Shown: in pieces, positions 10,323-23,000 of the stretch
How positions within the stretch are numbered: position 1 is the first letter of the stretch
Layout of the letters: the number at the start of each line of letters is the position of its first letter
Assembly (NCBI GenBank): GCA_010909165.1
Contig: MU008150.1
Coordinates: 558,001 to 622,000, forward strand
Length of the DNA: 64,000 nt
Direction: 5' to 3'
Source: Anthoceros angustus
Taxonomy: Eukaryota > Plantae > Anthocerotophyta
Notes under the pieces: generated by a model
Database searches by the model: none
The model's input: only the letters and a program-made list of their open reading frames with translations
What the model was told of the DNA's origin: nothing
Position numbers and translations under genes: made by a program

Positions 10323-13259
10323 CCCAGCGCCTAAACCTCACCCGAAGTTTATTACGCTTTCACCTCATGATCAACTGTGATCTCAAGTACACGGCTTCCA
10401 CTCACTACAGGGCTTTTGGAATTCTCTCTCACAATTAAGCATGCTCAGCTCCATGGCCTACAGCCTGCTGTGCAAAAGTTCTCGGCTTCTTCTGTGACGG
10501 ACACTTCCAGGGCTTAGTTGAGGACTAGCTAGCAGTCCTCCTGTGCAAATATTTCTCCCAAAACGCCTTTTTCCTCTTGGTCGAGTTGTCTGCCCCTGGC
10601 TCTGGCACCAAGTGTGGCCGAACACTATACACATGACATTCACCTTGCTGGACAAGGCCTTGGAGTTTGCGCACCATTTGGCTTAGTAACCCACAAGTAT
10701 GTTGCTCAATTTGAGGGTGGCTTGCTACTAGTTCCGCTACAGATGCGAGCAATGCTTTACAATCCGTTCCTTTCGAGCGCTCCTATGTGCTCTCAGCAAG
10801 GCGATGGCAACCTCACTCTAGTCTCTGTAATTGAGCTAGTCCCTTGGCTAGCACATGCTTTGTTACATACAGCCTGAACACCTACATGGGACACATCTCT
10901 ACTGTGGGATTTCACTTGTAGAAGTTGTTGCACAAGGTATCTCGTAGGAGTAAGTTTGTGCAACATAAGTAAGACCTTCAGCTGGTGCTTGCATATCTGG
11001 CCTTGCAGAGACCAAGGGCAACTGCAAAACGCCCAAGGACTCCCTGCATTTTGCACTTCATACAACATGTTATGTGCTAAACTATAAACGTAAGCCGAGC
11101 TATCTATGTCTGTAGGCAAAGTAACATCAGTATCCACTATCTTCATAGCTTTCGACAGAGAGTGTTCCATGATGGATTCTACCTTAGAATTTCGTACCAA
11201 CCCAGCTTTCTTACACTGCACTTGATACCAGAAATGAACTTCCACCTGATTCACAAGGGTGTGCAAGAACTAGTCCACACGATGCCCTCTCAGTGTCTTC
11301 TTTCGTAAGGCTAGCTCTATCCTTCAAGTGCCGATGATAGGCCTCTATACTAGAGTTGCAATCTTGGCTTGCATGAGGCACTGTGCGGACATGTTTTAAC
11401 CATATATGCATGTTTGATCCCCACTGACCTTTGAAGTAGTTGATGAACGTGGGCTCCTGACTCTCATACGTTGCATAGAACGACTCAAGTTGTAATTGGC
11501 AATCCTCCCAGGTGTTGGAACTGGAGCTTGAGAAGTACATAATCTTCCCTAGTTGCTGCATTATGTCTCTCCTTGTTTGGGAGGACTTCACATTTTGTAG
11601 AAGGTGACGTAACCAACAACGCCTTACATGCCAAAGACAAAGGAAGACAAGACAGTCCTCACCAAAGACCCTGGTGATGGCATTGATCTCAGCCAAGCAG
11701 TCATTTACTAGAAAAGCATTTGGTAACCAAGAAGGATCAACCCCAACATTTTTTGCTTTATTGCCGACAACCAAGCCGAGATGCCATCTGCAGTCGCATC
11801 CTTTGTTAATATCCATGCCACTGGTATGCCATTGAAATGGTCATCGAACACAAGAATACTGAACAGTTGAAACTGCATGCAACACGGTTTTCAAAGACTC
11901 AATATTATTGCATGCCTATCTGATAAAATACATATAGTTTAGGGCACTATTCACTAGGGCACCTTTACTTATGCTTTAATTTATCTCTAGGGCATTAAGT
12001 AGTTACTTAGTTAGTTGTCCTAGGATGTTAGTTGTTATATTAGTTACAACCAACTGACGGTTATAACAACTTATGGTTATGTTCCGCTCAACCAGATGTT
12101 ATCCACTAACCACCTTGCCTATAAATAGGCTTTGTACTTTCTATTATATACATTATAATACAAGCATCTTTTATGCTAGAGCTTAGCATGATTTTCATCA
12201 CTATCATACATGAGGACATGAAGCACACTGAGCAAAGATGAACATGCCAAGTACTTACGTGCCACTTGTTTGTCCCGAAGCTCGCATCTATAGCAATGAT
12301 TGAATTGTGACCCCACTTGAGCATCATAGTTCGCATGAACTCGGTTTGGACTCCAAGCACAAAGTCAGTTGAGGAGGTTTGTTGGCCAGGTGAGGGATAG
12401 AAAACAAGGTCTTCGTTCATATCAATCCAAAGCCGCACACTATCCTGGTCATTCTCATGGAGCTCATAAACCCTAGATTTTACTTCCTTTTCAATATTAT
12501 GGATGTCCTTTGGTGTTAGAAAATCATCTCGAGATGCAAGTTTTCAAACCCCGAGACATGTTGATGGGTGCACAATGGTGAGAAGCCCGTTTGAAGTAGA
12601 TGTGAAGAATAGACACTCGCGCTGTACAAGAATGCCCGGCAGGACATACTGGAAGTGTATTAGACGAAAACACAATGTTACAAGATGCCAAAAGCCTTGC
12701 CAATGAGTACAGGATACATGATTGAAGTGAGGAGCAACCAATAAAGCTTAACAATCCCTCGCGCTCACGAGGAAGCCCTGTTGCTCCGTGAAATTGAGAG
12801 CTAGTGCACATGGAATTCCAAAAGCCCTGCAGTGAGTAGAAGCCGTGCACTTGAGATCAGGGTTACTGAAGAGCCTTGAGAACCATAACGCTCATAAGGA
12901 AGACCTGCTGCAGAATGCCTTGAGCCTTGGCATGGAAGGAAAGCTCATGCTTGAGTTCACGATCGACCAAAAGCCTGAAGAGCAAAAGGCCGTTCAAACT
13001 CCATAGCCCGCGAATGCACTTCGTCGCGGAAGTGCAGCTTGGACGAATACGAAAATATACATATAAATACATACAGATCTGTAGATACGTATGTACACAA
13101 GAATGTAGGGGACCAATTTGGGTGCGAATCGGGCAAACAAACGGCGAGGTATTGAAAACTAGCCGGTGGAGTGGAGACGGTGGCCGGGCGCGTAACGACG
13201 AATCTCGCACGCCCCTCGAGAACCAGGTGATAAACTTCGGGTGAGGTCTAGGTGTCGGG
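10323..13259 (-). mobile_element. Mutator-like DNA transposon (MULE) with ~32-bp imperfect TIRs and 9-bp TSD CGGTTGCGG
   Basis: TIRs at 10323-10354 and 13228-13259 (27/32 match; shared core acctcacccgaagtttat). Identical CGGTTGCGG at 10314-10322 and 13260-13268. Transposase fragments lie inside. Confidence 0.9.
10460..13000 (-). pseudogene. MULE/SWIM transposase (frameshifted; GT-AG intron about 11873-12258; ends approximate)
   Basis: Fragments FVLGVQTEFMRTMMLKWGHNSIIAIDASFGTNKWH | FQLFSILVFDDHFNGIPVAWIL, LCLWHVRRCW, NSSIEAYHRHLK, and SWIM finger CSCPWSLQGQICKH. Confidence 0.85.
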
Positions 13260-13268
13260 CGGTTGCGG

Positions 13269-13733
13269 AGCAGGTTCGGCGGGTTGTTTTGATTTTGGCG
13301 AGTTGCCCTCTTGGGCTACTGGGGGCTCGCTATACATAGTGCACACTCTGTATGTTCGGTAAAGGTCGGAATTTTCTATCTCAAATTTTTGATATCTTCT
13401 TGGCCCTAAATCTTCCAAGTCCTTTTGTCGTCTGCACCTGTTCTCTATTCAGACTTTATCCACCATCTGTCCTTTTCAGTAAGTTTTTTCCATCAAATTT
13501 TAAGCAGTTGTGGTTATCGTTCTTGGTTATCCCTCAGCACTTTCGAGGTACGCTAATTGTTGTGGGGAGAGCACTAATTGTTCTATGCTCTCCCGAATGG
13601 GACGGTCCACACCTTTTAGGACCCTCAAGGACACTCCCTGTTTGGTCTGTGCCCAGCTTTACCACGAAATTGAAAGGGTAAAAACCCACATTGGGTATAT
13701 GCATAAGGACTTCAACCAAACTACTTGGGCAGC
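13269..13733 (+). mobile_element. CRE-like non-LTR retrotransposon, 5' part with C2H2 zinc finger (13639-13704)
   Basis: CLVCAQLYHEIERVKTHIGYMH is C-x2-C-x12-H-x4-H. The frame continues across the gypsy insertion (…QTTWAA|QMHLSTPT…). Confidence 0.65.
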
Positions 13734-16700
13734 TGTGGCGCGACTTTTGCTGATGGCCAGCCGGGCGCGCACAATCCCGTGTCGTTGTAGGAAGAAGTCC
13801 GTTCCCAAGGGAATGATAGGCTCCGGCTTCGTGTGATTCCTACCCCTAGCGCTCACCCTCAACACACATACTCCTAACTACTCACAACGCTCACCGACAG
13901 CCGATGGCTAAACGCTTAAGGACCTGCTCGTCTCAGTATCGCTCATCATCCTTCCCTCACACCCATCCTTTCCTCTCTCCCTCACGCTACACTCCTCGCC
14001 TTAGAAAAGACGCTGGTTACGCCGACCTCCGTCTGCCGCCTCTCCGTCCGGCTCTACACGCCTCCCGAGTCCTCCTCCGGCCACAGCCCAAATTGTCGGT
14101 CGTCGCGCTGGACGAGCACGGTCACCACCACCCTTCCCCGCACACACCACAACGCTAAGTCCGCCACCGGACCTTGATCAATCTCCCGAGCTGCCGTGGC
14201 TCGCCTGACTCAGACTCACGTTAGCAAGAAGACACACAAAGGTCTCGCAAGAACGCTGATCAACACCAAGAGAAAGATGATTTACTAGAGCAAATTTCTC
14301 TCTTATATCGCGCGCCAAGCGGCGCCTTTATTACACCCCTATTCTCGAAATGATAGCCTCGGTATACCCTAATCGGCCACCTATCCTATCCCCTATCTCC
14401 TTCACGACTGGAAGGTCCCGGCCCCGCCGAATGGGTGGTCCAACTTCGTCCCCGACAGCTTGTGCACCCAATCGGATGATCCGTGAGGCGGGCCCTCCTC
14501 TCCCGAATCCTGCCGTAGTTACCGCGGCGGTTCGACAACCGCCACACCACGACGCCATCCTCCCCTCGCCTCCCTCGGGTCCTTCACGGCCACCACCATC
14601 TCCCTAGCGAAGTCGAAGGCTCTCCCATCGCTGCAGCCCGGCCCTCGAGGTCTGCCTCGACTCCCGAACTTCGGAGTCCGGCTTATTTCCCGAGTCCACC
14701 GGCCAGGTCCGACCTTGTCTCGGGTCCGACTGTGGTCCGGATGACACGGGTCCGGACTGTGGTCCGGACTTACACGGGTCCGGACTGTGGTCCGGCCTCC
14801 GGGTCCGGACTGTGGTCCGCCTCCCTCGGGTCCGGACAAAGTCCGACTCACGCCCACCCGCCTCCTCACGGACTCCTCCGTGGCTCCCTCAAGTCCTCCC
14901 TGCTCCCGATCGCCTGTGACTCTTCCCTCCTTCCATGGTGAGGTCTAGGTGTAGGCGGTTGCGGGCAGTTCGGCTGAGTTGTTTTGATTTTAGCGGTTCA
15001 CGGCCTCTTGGGGCTCTGAGGCTCGCTCGCTATACATAGTGCACACTGTATGTTCGGTAAAATTGAATTTTCTATCTCAAATTTTTGATATCTTCTTGGC
15101 CCTAAATCTTCCAAGTCCTTTTGCCTGCACTGCTTCTCTATTACTTTATCCACCATCTCCTTTGATGTTTTTTCCATCAAATTTTAAGCGATTGTGGTTA
15201 TATCGTTCTTGGTTATCCCTCGGCGCACTTTGATCGCTAATTGTTGTGGGAGAGCACTAATTGTTCTATGCTCTCCGAATGGGACGGTCCACACCTTTTA
15301 GGACCCTCAAGGACACTCCTGTTTAGTGCATGCCCAGCTTTACGAAATTGAAAGGGTAAAACCCACATTGGTATATGCATAAGGACTTCAACCAAACTAC
15401 TTAGGCGTGTGGCGCGACTTTTAGCGATGTGGCCGGCTAGATCGCGTGTCGTTGTAGGAAGAAGTCCGTTCCCAAGGGAATGATAGGCTCCGTTTACGCG
15501 TTTGGTGATTCCTACCGTCCTTAGCGCTCGTTCTCAACACACATACTCCTAACTACTCTCACAGCGTTCTCTGAGGCCGGTATGGCCAAGCGTTTAAGGA
15601 CCGTTCGCGTCCGTATCGTTCACATCATCCTCACATCCATCCTTTCCTCTCTCCCTCACGCTACACTCTTGGTCTTAGAAAAAGGCGCGGGTTACCTGAT
15701 CCGGACCTCCTCGTCGTTCGCGGGGCCTCTCCGTCCGGCTCTACACGCCTCCCGAGTTCCTCCGGCTCACCCGTTCAGTCCGTTCGTGGGGTCGGCGGCT
15801 CCGGACGACCGATCACCGGTCACCCTTCCCCGCACACACCACAACGCTGCTAAGTCCGCCACCGGACCTTGATCAATCTCCCGGAGTCGTGCACCTTTCG
15901 GTGACTCGGGACTCACGTTAGCAAGAAGACTCACAAAGGTGCAGCAGCGGCATCAACACCAAGAGAAGATGCTTTACTAAACTCGGCCCTCTTATCTGCG
16001 CCCAAGGTGCGTCTTTATTACACCCCTATTACGGGCGTGCTTATTTCGGTATACCCTAATCGGCCACCTACCATCCTATTCTCCCCTATCTCCTTCGCCC
16101 ATTGTGGTGGGAAGGTCACAGGCCCTCGGATGGGTGGTCCAACTCTTCCCGACAGCTTGTGGCGCAATCGGATGATCCGTGAGGCGGGCCCTCCTCTCTC
16201 CCGGAATCTGTCGGGTTGGGCTCGGCGGCGGCAACGCCCAACCTCGATAGTCGCCGATTTTCCTCCGCCTCCGCCGGCCTCCCCACAGGTCCCTTGGTGG
16301 GGCCACCATCGGCTCCCCTAAGCGTAAGTCGAAGGGGCTCCTCCTCCGCCTCCGCCTCCCTCGGGTCCGGACTGTGGTCCGGACAAAGTCCGGACTGTGG
16401 TCCGGACTGTGGTCCGGACTGTGGTCCGGACTGTGGTCCGGACTGTGGTCCGGACCTCGTGGTCCGGACAAAGTCCGGACTGTGGTCCGGACTGTGGTCC
16501 GGACTGTGGTCCGGACTGTGGTCCGGACTTGGTCCGCCTCCCTCGGGTCCGGACAAAGTCCGACTCACGCCCACCAGGTTTCCTCCTCACGGACTCCTCC
16601 GTGGCTCTCCCTCAAGTCCTCCACTGCTCCCGATCGCAGTGACTCCCCGTTGGCCCCTCCTTCCATGGTGAGGTGCGGGTGCTTACCTCGATCGCATCCG

Positions 16701-19700
16701 CCTCCCTCGTTCTGCTCCTCCTTTTCCGCCTCCTCTCCGCCTCCGCTCCGTCATCTCAAGCAGGGGCCACTAGGGTCCTGTCTTTGTCCCCGTGGCCTTC
16801 ATCTCCTTGGCCCGGCCTCCGGGTCCGTCCGTTTGCGGCGGCGTCGAGAGGCTTCACGCCGGGGGCTCGGCGTGGTAATAGGCAAAGTCCGAATCGACTT
16901 GTTGAATTGCTCTTCCACGTGTGCGGGCACCGATACTCCCTCCGCCATAAGTGTTCCGGAGCCGGGCGGCCGCTTGTTGGGCCACCTCCCGCCAGATTTG
17001 ATACCCGGAGTCAGACACGCGAGGCTACAGGGCGGCCCCCACCTCCTCACGGACTCCTCCGCCTCCGCCTCCGCTGCTTCTCCATTGCCACCATCCCGCC
17101 ATAGCGCAGCTGCTCCTTCCGCCTTTCTCACCGGACCAGCAGCCTTCTTTCGCCCGCGCCTCCGCTCATTCTCGCCTTTAGCCCGCCACCTCTCCGCCTC
17201 CGCCGCCTCCGCCTCCGCCTCCGCCTCCGCCTCCGCCGCCTCCGCCTCCGCCTCCTCCTCCGGCCACAGCCCAAATTGTCGGTCGTCGCGCTGGACGAGC
17301 ACGGTCACCACCACCCTTCCCGCACACACCACAACGCTAAGTCCGCCACCGGACCTTTGATCAATCTCCCGAGCTGCCGTGGCTCGCCTGACTCAGACTC
17401 ACGTTAGCAAGAAGACACACAAAGGTCTCGCAAGAACGCTGATCAACACCAAGAGAAAGATGATTTACTAGAGCAAATTTCTCTCTTATATCGCGCGCCA
17501 AGCGGCGCCTTTATTACACCCCTATTCTCGAAATGATAGCCTCGGTATACCCTAATCGGCCACCTATCCTATCCCCTATCTCCTTCACGACTGGAAGGTC
17601 CTGGCCCCGCCGAATGGGTGGTCCAACTTCGTCCCCGACAGCTTGTGCACCCAATCGGATGATCCGTGAGGCGGGCCCTCCTCTCCCGAATCCTGCCGTA
17701 GTTACCGCGGCGGTTCGACAACCGCCACACCACGACATCCTCCCCCTCGCCTCCCTCGGGTCCTTCACGGCCACCACCATCTCCCTAGCGAAGTCGAAGG
17801 CTCTCCCATCGCTGCAGCCCGGCCCTCGAGGTCTGCCTCGACTCCCGAACTTCGGAGTCCGGCTTATTTCCCGAGTCCACCGGCCAGGTCCGACCTTGTC
17901 TCGGGTCCGACCTGGTCCGGATGACACGGGTCCTGACTCGTGGTCCGGACTTACACGGGTCCCACTGTGGTCCGGACTTACCGAGGTCCGACTTGGTCCG
18001 CCTCCCTCGGGTCCGGACAAAGTCCGACTCACGCCCACCCGCCTCCTCACGGACTCCTCCGTGGCTCCCTCAAGTCCTCCCTGCTCCCGATCGCCTGTGA
18101 CTCTTCCCTCCTTCCATGGTGAGGTGCGGGTGCTTACCCGCATCCGCCTCGCTCGCCTCCGCCGCCTCCCTCCGCCGCCTCCGCTATCTTCCAAACAGGC
18201 CACTAGGGTCCCCGTGGCCCCCCGTGGCCTTCATCTCCTTCTCGAGCCTTCCGTGGGTCCGTCTGCTTGCGCCGCCGAGAGGCTTTCATCGCCTTCAGAG
18301 CTCCGTGGTAATAGGCAAAGTCCGAATCGACTTGTTGAATTGCCTCTTCCACGGTGCCCGAGCACCCGATACTCCCTCCGCCATAAGTGTTCCGGAGCCG
18401 GGCGTGTCGCCCTTGTTGGGCCACCTCCCGCCAGATTTGATCGGAGCCGGGTCAGACACGCGAGGCTACAAGGGCCCTGTCACCTCCTCACCGCCACTGT
18501 TGCTCCACCCGCCCAGCCTCCGCTGCTTCCTCTCCATCGCCATTCCATAGCGCAGCTGCTCCTTCCGCCTTTCTCACCGGACCAGCAGCCTTTTTCTGCC
18601 CAAAGGCTCGCCTCCGCTCATTCTGCCTTAGCCCTCCCTCTCCAAAGCTGTACCTCCGTCCGACCCGACTTCCTCCAGCCTCCTTCGTAGCTGCAACGCC
18701 CAACCTCGATAGTCGCCGATTTTCCTCCGCCTCGACGGAGCCGAGGCACTCTATTTCGCGGCTCAAGGTCGTGGATTCTCTCGCTGAGAATCACCGCCTC
18801 CGACGATCTTGGAGTTGTAGCTCCAGGTGTCCTTGCTGCCCTCCATCTCGCCTTTCCTCGCACTGCATTCTGAGATCTCCTATCTCCCGAGTGCCGGCCT
18901 CCATCTCCTCCTTCCGCTGGCCCTTGCCTCGCCATAGCCGCGGCCTTCGAGTTAGCCTCCTGCTCATACCGACTCTCCACCGGCCCGATCACGCCTCAGT
19001 GATCCCGGCCGCTTGCCGCGGCTCACCTTCGCCGCTTTTACTGGCTCCACTTGGCGCTTAGCCGGCCAGTCCCGAGCTCTCTCGCTTGTGCCCGCCTCTC
19101 CGCCTCCCGCCTTCCCTCTTCGCCCGCAAGGTCCTCCGCCCGCTGGGCCTCTCGAGCTTGTTTCACTCAGACAAGAAGAACCTTGGCCCGGCCTCCAACC
19201 GCCTGGCCTCGGCTCCGCCACACCCCTCCTCGATCCGAGCGAGGGACTCCGCCTTTTCCTTTGCCTCGGCCGCCTCACTTGCTCTTGAGTTCCACCATCC
19301 TCCTCCGTGGCCTCCACTTCCGGGTCTTCTCACTGCACTCACGAGACCCCAAAGCATTCCGTCCATGACGGCTGACTCAGTTTCTTCCACGGCCACCGGT
19401 GAGGCCCCACAAAGTCCGTAGTGGGAGCCGCATTTCTATCCGCTAAGGACCTCCATACCGCAGCCGAGTAAGTCCGGACTGGGTTCTCCTGGACCTAATC
19501 AGACCTCAGTCCCGAGTGGTGAGGTCCGAGTCTCACCCTCTTTGGCCGCCAGGAAGTAATCACGTGAAGGCGCCTGTCCGTAATCGCTGTGGGTCCGCAT
19601 GGCTTACTCGACCCTACGCCCGCTTACTCCTTTACGCCGCAGCGCGGGCGTGCCGCTATAACGGCTCGCAAGGTTACGGCCCGACCATCGATGCCCGACC

Positions 19701-19986
19701 TCCACTCGGGCCGCCCACGTGGCGCGCCCGTCTCCTCACGCCCGCCTCCTAGGTTACTTTCCGGCTTATCCTGCTTTGACTGGAGTGGGTTCCGGACTTA
19801 TCCGTAGTAGTCCGAGCTTGCCATAGTGGTACCGGGTCCGTTGTTCACTCCGAGTCCGGAGTATACTCCGAGCCTCGTCCAAGCGCTACCCCAATTTATT
19901 CCTCCTTTTCCGCCTTATTTATCCTTCAATCCTAAAAAACAAACCCTACTTATTTCTTAACTCCCTGTGGAAGTGCATAGCCCACA
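13734..19986 (-). repeat. 3' LTR region as a composite of three overlapping partial LTR copies (13734-14944, 15408-~17260, ~17250-19986) plus a duplicate of the outside flank (14937-15407)
   Basis: The LTR edge tgtggcg...gtgtcgttgtaggaagaagtccgttcccaagggaatgataggc occurs at 13734, 15408 and 25403. 14937-15407 repeats 13240-13733. Confidence 0.85.
16364..16562. repeat. Tandem array of a 12-bp unit (TGTGGTCCGGAC) inside the LTR; shorter or degenerate versions at about 14720-14845, 17900-18030 and 26410-26550
   Basis: Direct reading; translates as (SPDH)n, (GPDC)n or (SGLW)n in the ORF track. Confidence 0.95.
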
Positions 19987-20000
19987 TACTCCCTTTCATC
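19987..20000 (-). other. Polypurine tract of the gypsy element (GATGAAAGGGAGTA)
   Basis: Purine-rich run immediately before the 3' LTR TGTGGG on the minus strand. Confidence 0.75.
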
Positions 20001-20016
20001 ACATGCCTCGCCAACA

Positions 20017-23000
20017 CTAAGCATGATTCTTCACCCGCCACCCGTTCACCCGAGTGGGCACAGCTCTCCATCTAGTCAGGGACGGACCCGTTGTCATATA
20101 CTTGCACCACTTGGTACGGACCCATCCATCTCGTGAAGTTTGCGGAAAATGCATGTAACGACTATCATAAAGGAGGGCCGTCCCTTCCTTTACATACTCG
20201 ATTCGATCGGGCGATCGTGCCAAATCTTCACTGGTTTTGCACCAACCGCATCTTCACCGAGCTTCTTCCCCGTCCTGTGCAACAAACCCCAAGAGTCGCC
20301 GAGCTGGCTTTCCTCCGCCTCCCTTCCATCATTACTCGAAAAGTGGGCACTTCAAACTCCACCGGCATTACGGAGAGTGTCCGTAGGTCAAGAAGTAGGT
20401 CCGTTGTGTGGTCACCTTCTCTGTCAACGCCCACGTGGATGGCGCTTGGTATCCGTCATGGGCGTAGTTCACGTGAGTTTATTCGAATCCTGCAGATGAG
20501 CCCATTTGTCTTCTCTCACCCATTGGCCTTAGGATTGTAGGGTGCCGTCTTGCGATGATTGATGCCGAAATACTCCATGGCGGCCACCACATCATTAAGG
20601 AAATGGGTTCCCCTATCACTTACCAACCGCACGACATCCGCGGGTTATGATGTTCTCGAATTTCCGATTTGCGGAGTCCGTTGTCGCCGCCACCGCCTCT
20701 ACCCACCGGGTGAGTCCTGCCACCGTGATGTCCTTTGTGTGTCTTGTCGAGGTGTATAGGTCCAACAAAGTCAATACCCCACTTTTCGAAAGGTGCTGCC
20801 AATATTACTAGCGGCCACCGTGTCGGGTTGGCTTTCCGATCCACGACAAGCATCACACTTCTTCACAAACCGGTGGGTGTCCCCATACATTGTTGGCCAC
20901 CGGTATCCGCTTCAAAATCTTTTGGTGGTGACTGTCGCGTAGTGTCCTCCCCAATCCTTCGTGCATTCCCCGACGACGCGCTCTCGCGGTTGTAAGTACC
21001 TTCGTTCTACTCCGTCCGGCCCTAATTTGAACACACACCGTTGTACATTCTCAAGGGTCGAGCATAGTGCACGAATGCCTCCTCCGTCCACGAGTCGATT
21101 GGAAGCTCCATTCCCGAGGTACCGCTATTTCTTCGAGGTCGGACGGCCGCCGGACCCTCCCTTCTCCGCTCGCTAAGGCTCGTAGCTTGGGGTTCTCGGT
21201 GGGCTCCTCCGGTTGTACTTTTAGCGCAACCAATGTCTCATCCGGAACGCATCTTCCGATCTCTCAACACCTGTTTTCAATCGTGAAATCGATTTTGGTG
21301 CGCCTCCCTTGTCTTGTTTCCACTTGAACGTGAACTCGCAGGCAACAATATCCACCTTGCTATCCGTCCGGACAGTCCGCCTTTATTCACCGATGCGCAA
21401 AAGTGGTCTACATAGAACACAAACTCACCGGGTAGTGTAGTGTCGAATTTCTTGACAAGATATACCATACCTGCTTCGGTCAGTTGTGTATTTTCGTTCC
21501 GCGGGTGAGTGTCGTCCGGTAGTATACGGGATAATCCCCGCTTGTCGTCCTTCCGCTCAAGACTACTCCGATAGCAAAAGCGGACACATCTACATACACA
21601 TGAAATTTCTGCTCGATCCGGTCCTCTTAGAACCGCGCTTACCAAGGTGTTCAGAATAAGGCCTCCTCTCGCTCGTGACGGTCCAAACCTCCTCCTTCCG
21701 CAGAGTTCGCCAACTTAGCCCCTCTTCGCAAAGTCCTTAATAAACCGCGGTAGTATCCCACCATTCCTGTGAAACCTCTCGGCTCCTTTAGGTTCGTCGG
21801 CCGGAGAGACTGGATGACCGGACCTTGTCTGGTCCACCTCGATTCCCCGACACGATGTCGAAGATTCCCTCCGTCATTCCAAAGTAGCATTTCTCGGTGT
21901 AGGCTCAATTGAGTCTCCGCGCTCAAGCACCTTCTTAGATGCCCAAGGTGTTTGTCCTGCTCCCCATGCACACAAAAATCATCCAGAATATCTCCATGAA
22001 GTCCCTCGTGAAGTCACCAAGACGTTGGTCACCATACGCATGAACGACCGGGCGCTCCGGTCATCCCAAAGGCACTTCTCTTGTAGGCAAACGCACTACT
22101 CCGTAGTGAAGGTCGTCTTGTCCCAAATCCGACTCCCTTAGGTGCAATTGGTATCCAGTAGCCATCCGGAAGGAGTAAGTAGTCCGTCCACCACCTTGTC
22201 CAAAATGTCGTCACGAATGGCATCGGAAGTGGTCCTTCTCCTGCGGCGTTGAGCTTCCTCCAATCTTGGCATACCCGAATTTGTCCGGCTGTTTCTTGGG
22301 AACCACCACAATCGGCGCGACCCACTCGCTGACGATGGGGAAAATGATGTCTCCTGTGTACTTATCAAGGACCTCCTTCACCTTGATCGAATACTTGGGG
22401 TTGAGCTTGTATTGTCGGATTGACCGCACCGCTCCGGCTTCAAATCGATCTTATGCTCTCCCACTTCTAATGCCCTTCATGTCCGTGACCTTGAAGGCGA
22501 ACACCGCAAAACTCCCCAAGAATGCTTTAGTCCTTCAGTCCGAGGCATGCCTTTCTTAAACTGAATTTGCTGGCCGGACCTCCACTTCTTCCACGTCGTC
22601 CGGGTTCACCGTCTCTCTGCCGCCTCGCTGCGCCCAAACCCTCGTCCTCCTCGGGATCGTCCTCTCGCATCCCCATTCTCGAAGAGCTCGGAGGTGAATC
22701 GTGTTACTCCTTCGATGTCCGCTTTTCCTTGGTCCGACTCTTGCCTCCCTCTTGGTCCGACCTCCTCTTCACTTCCTTCCTCCACCGTTGTGGCGACTCG
22801 AAAACAATCAACCACTTCCGCGCCAAAGGCATCCAGAGTCCATCTCCTGGACCCGGACGGGATCTTGGCGAAAGTACGCCTCCTCGGAACTATCTTGTCG
22901 CCGGTGGAGTCCTCCACGAGGTATACCCCGGTAGTGCTCACTTTCCCACAATAGGTGTCCTTGCTGTGTGATAGCAACCTCCCTTCTCGCACCTTAGGGT

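Noticed and set aside
16364-16562. CRISPR-like array
   Set aside because: The units are contiguous 12-mers with no unique spacers, inside a eukaryotic LTR, and no cas genes are present.
16374-18690. Plus-strand ORFs of 328 and 385 aa as host genes
   Set aside because: They lie within LTR copies, are low-complexity, and are antisense to the coherent minus-strand reading.
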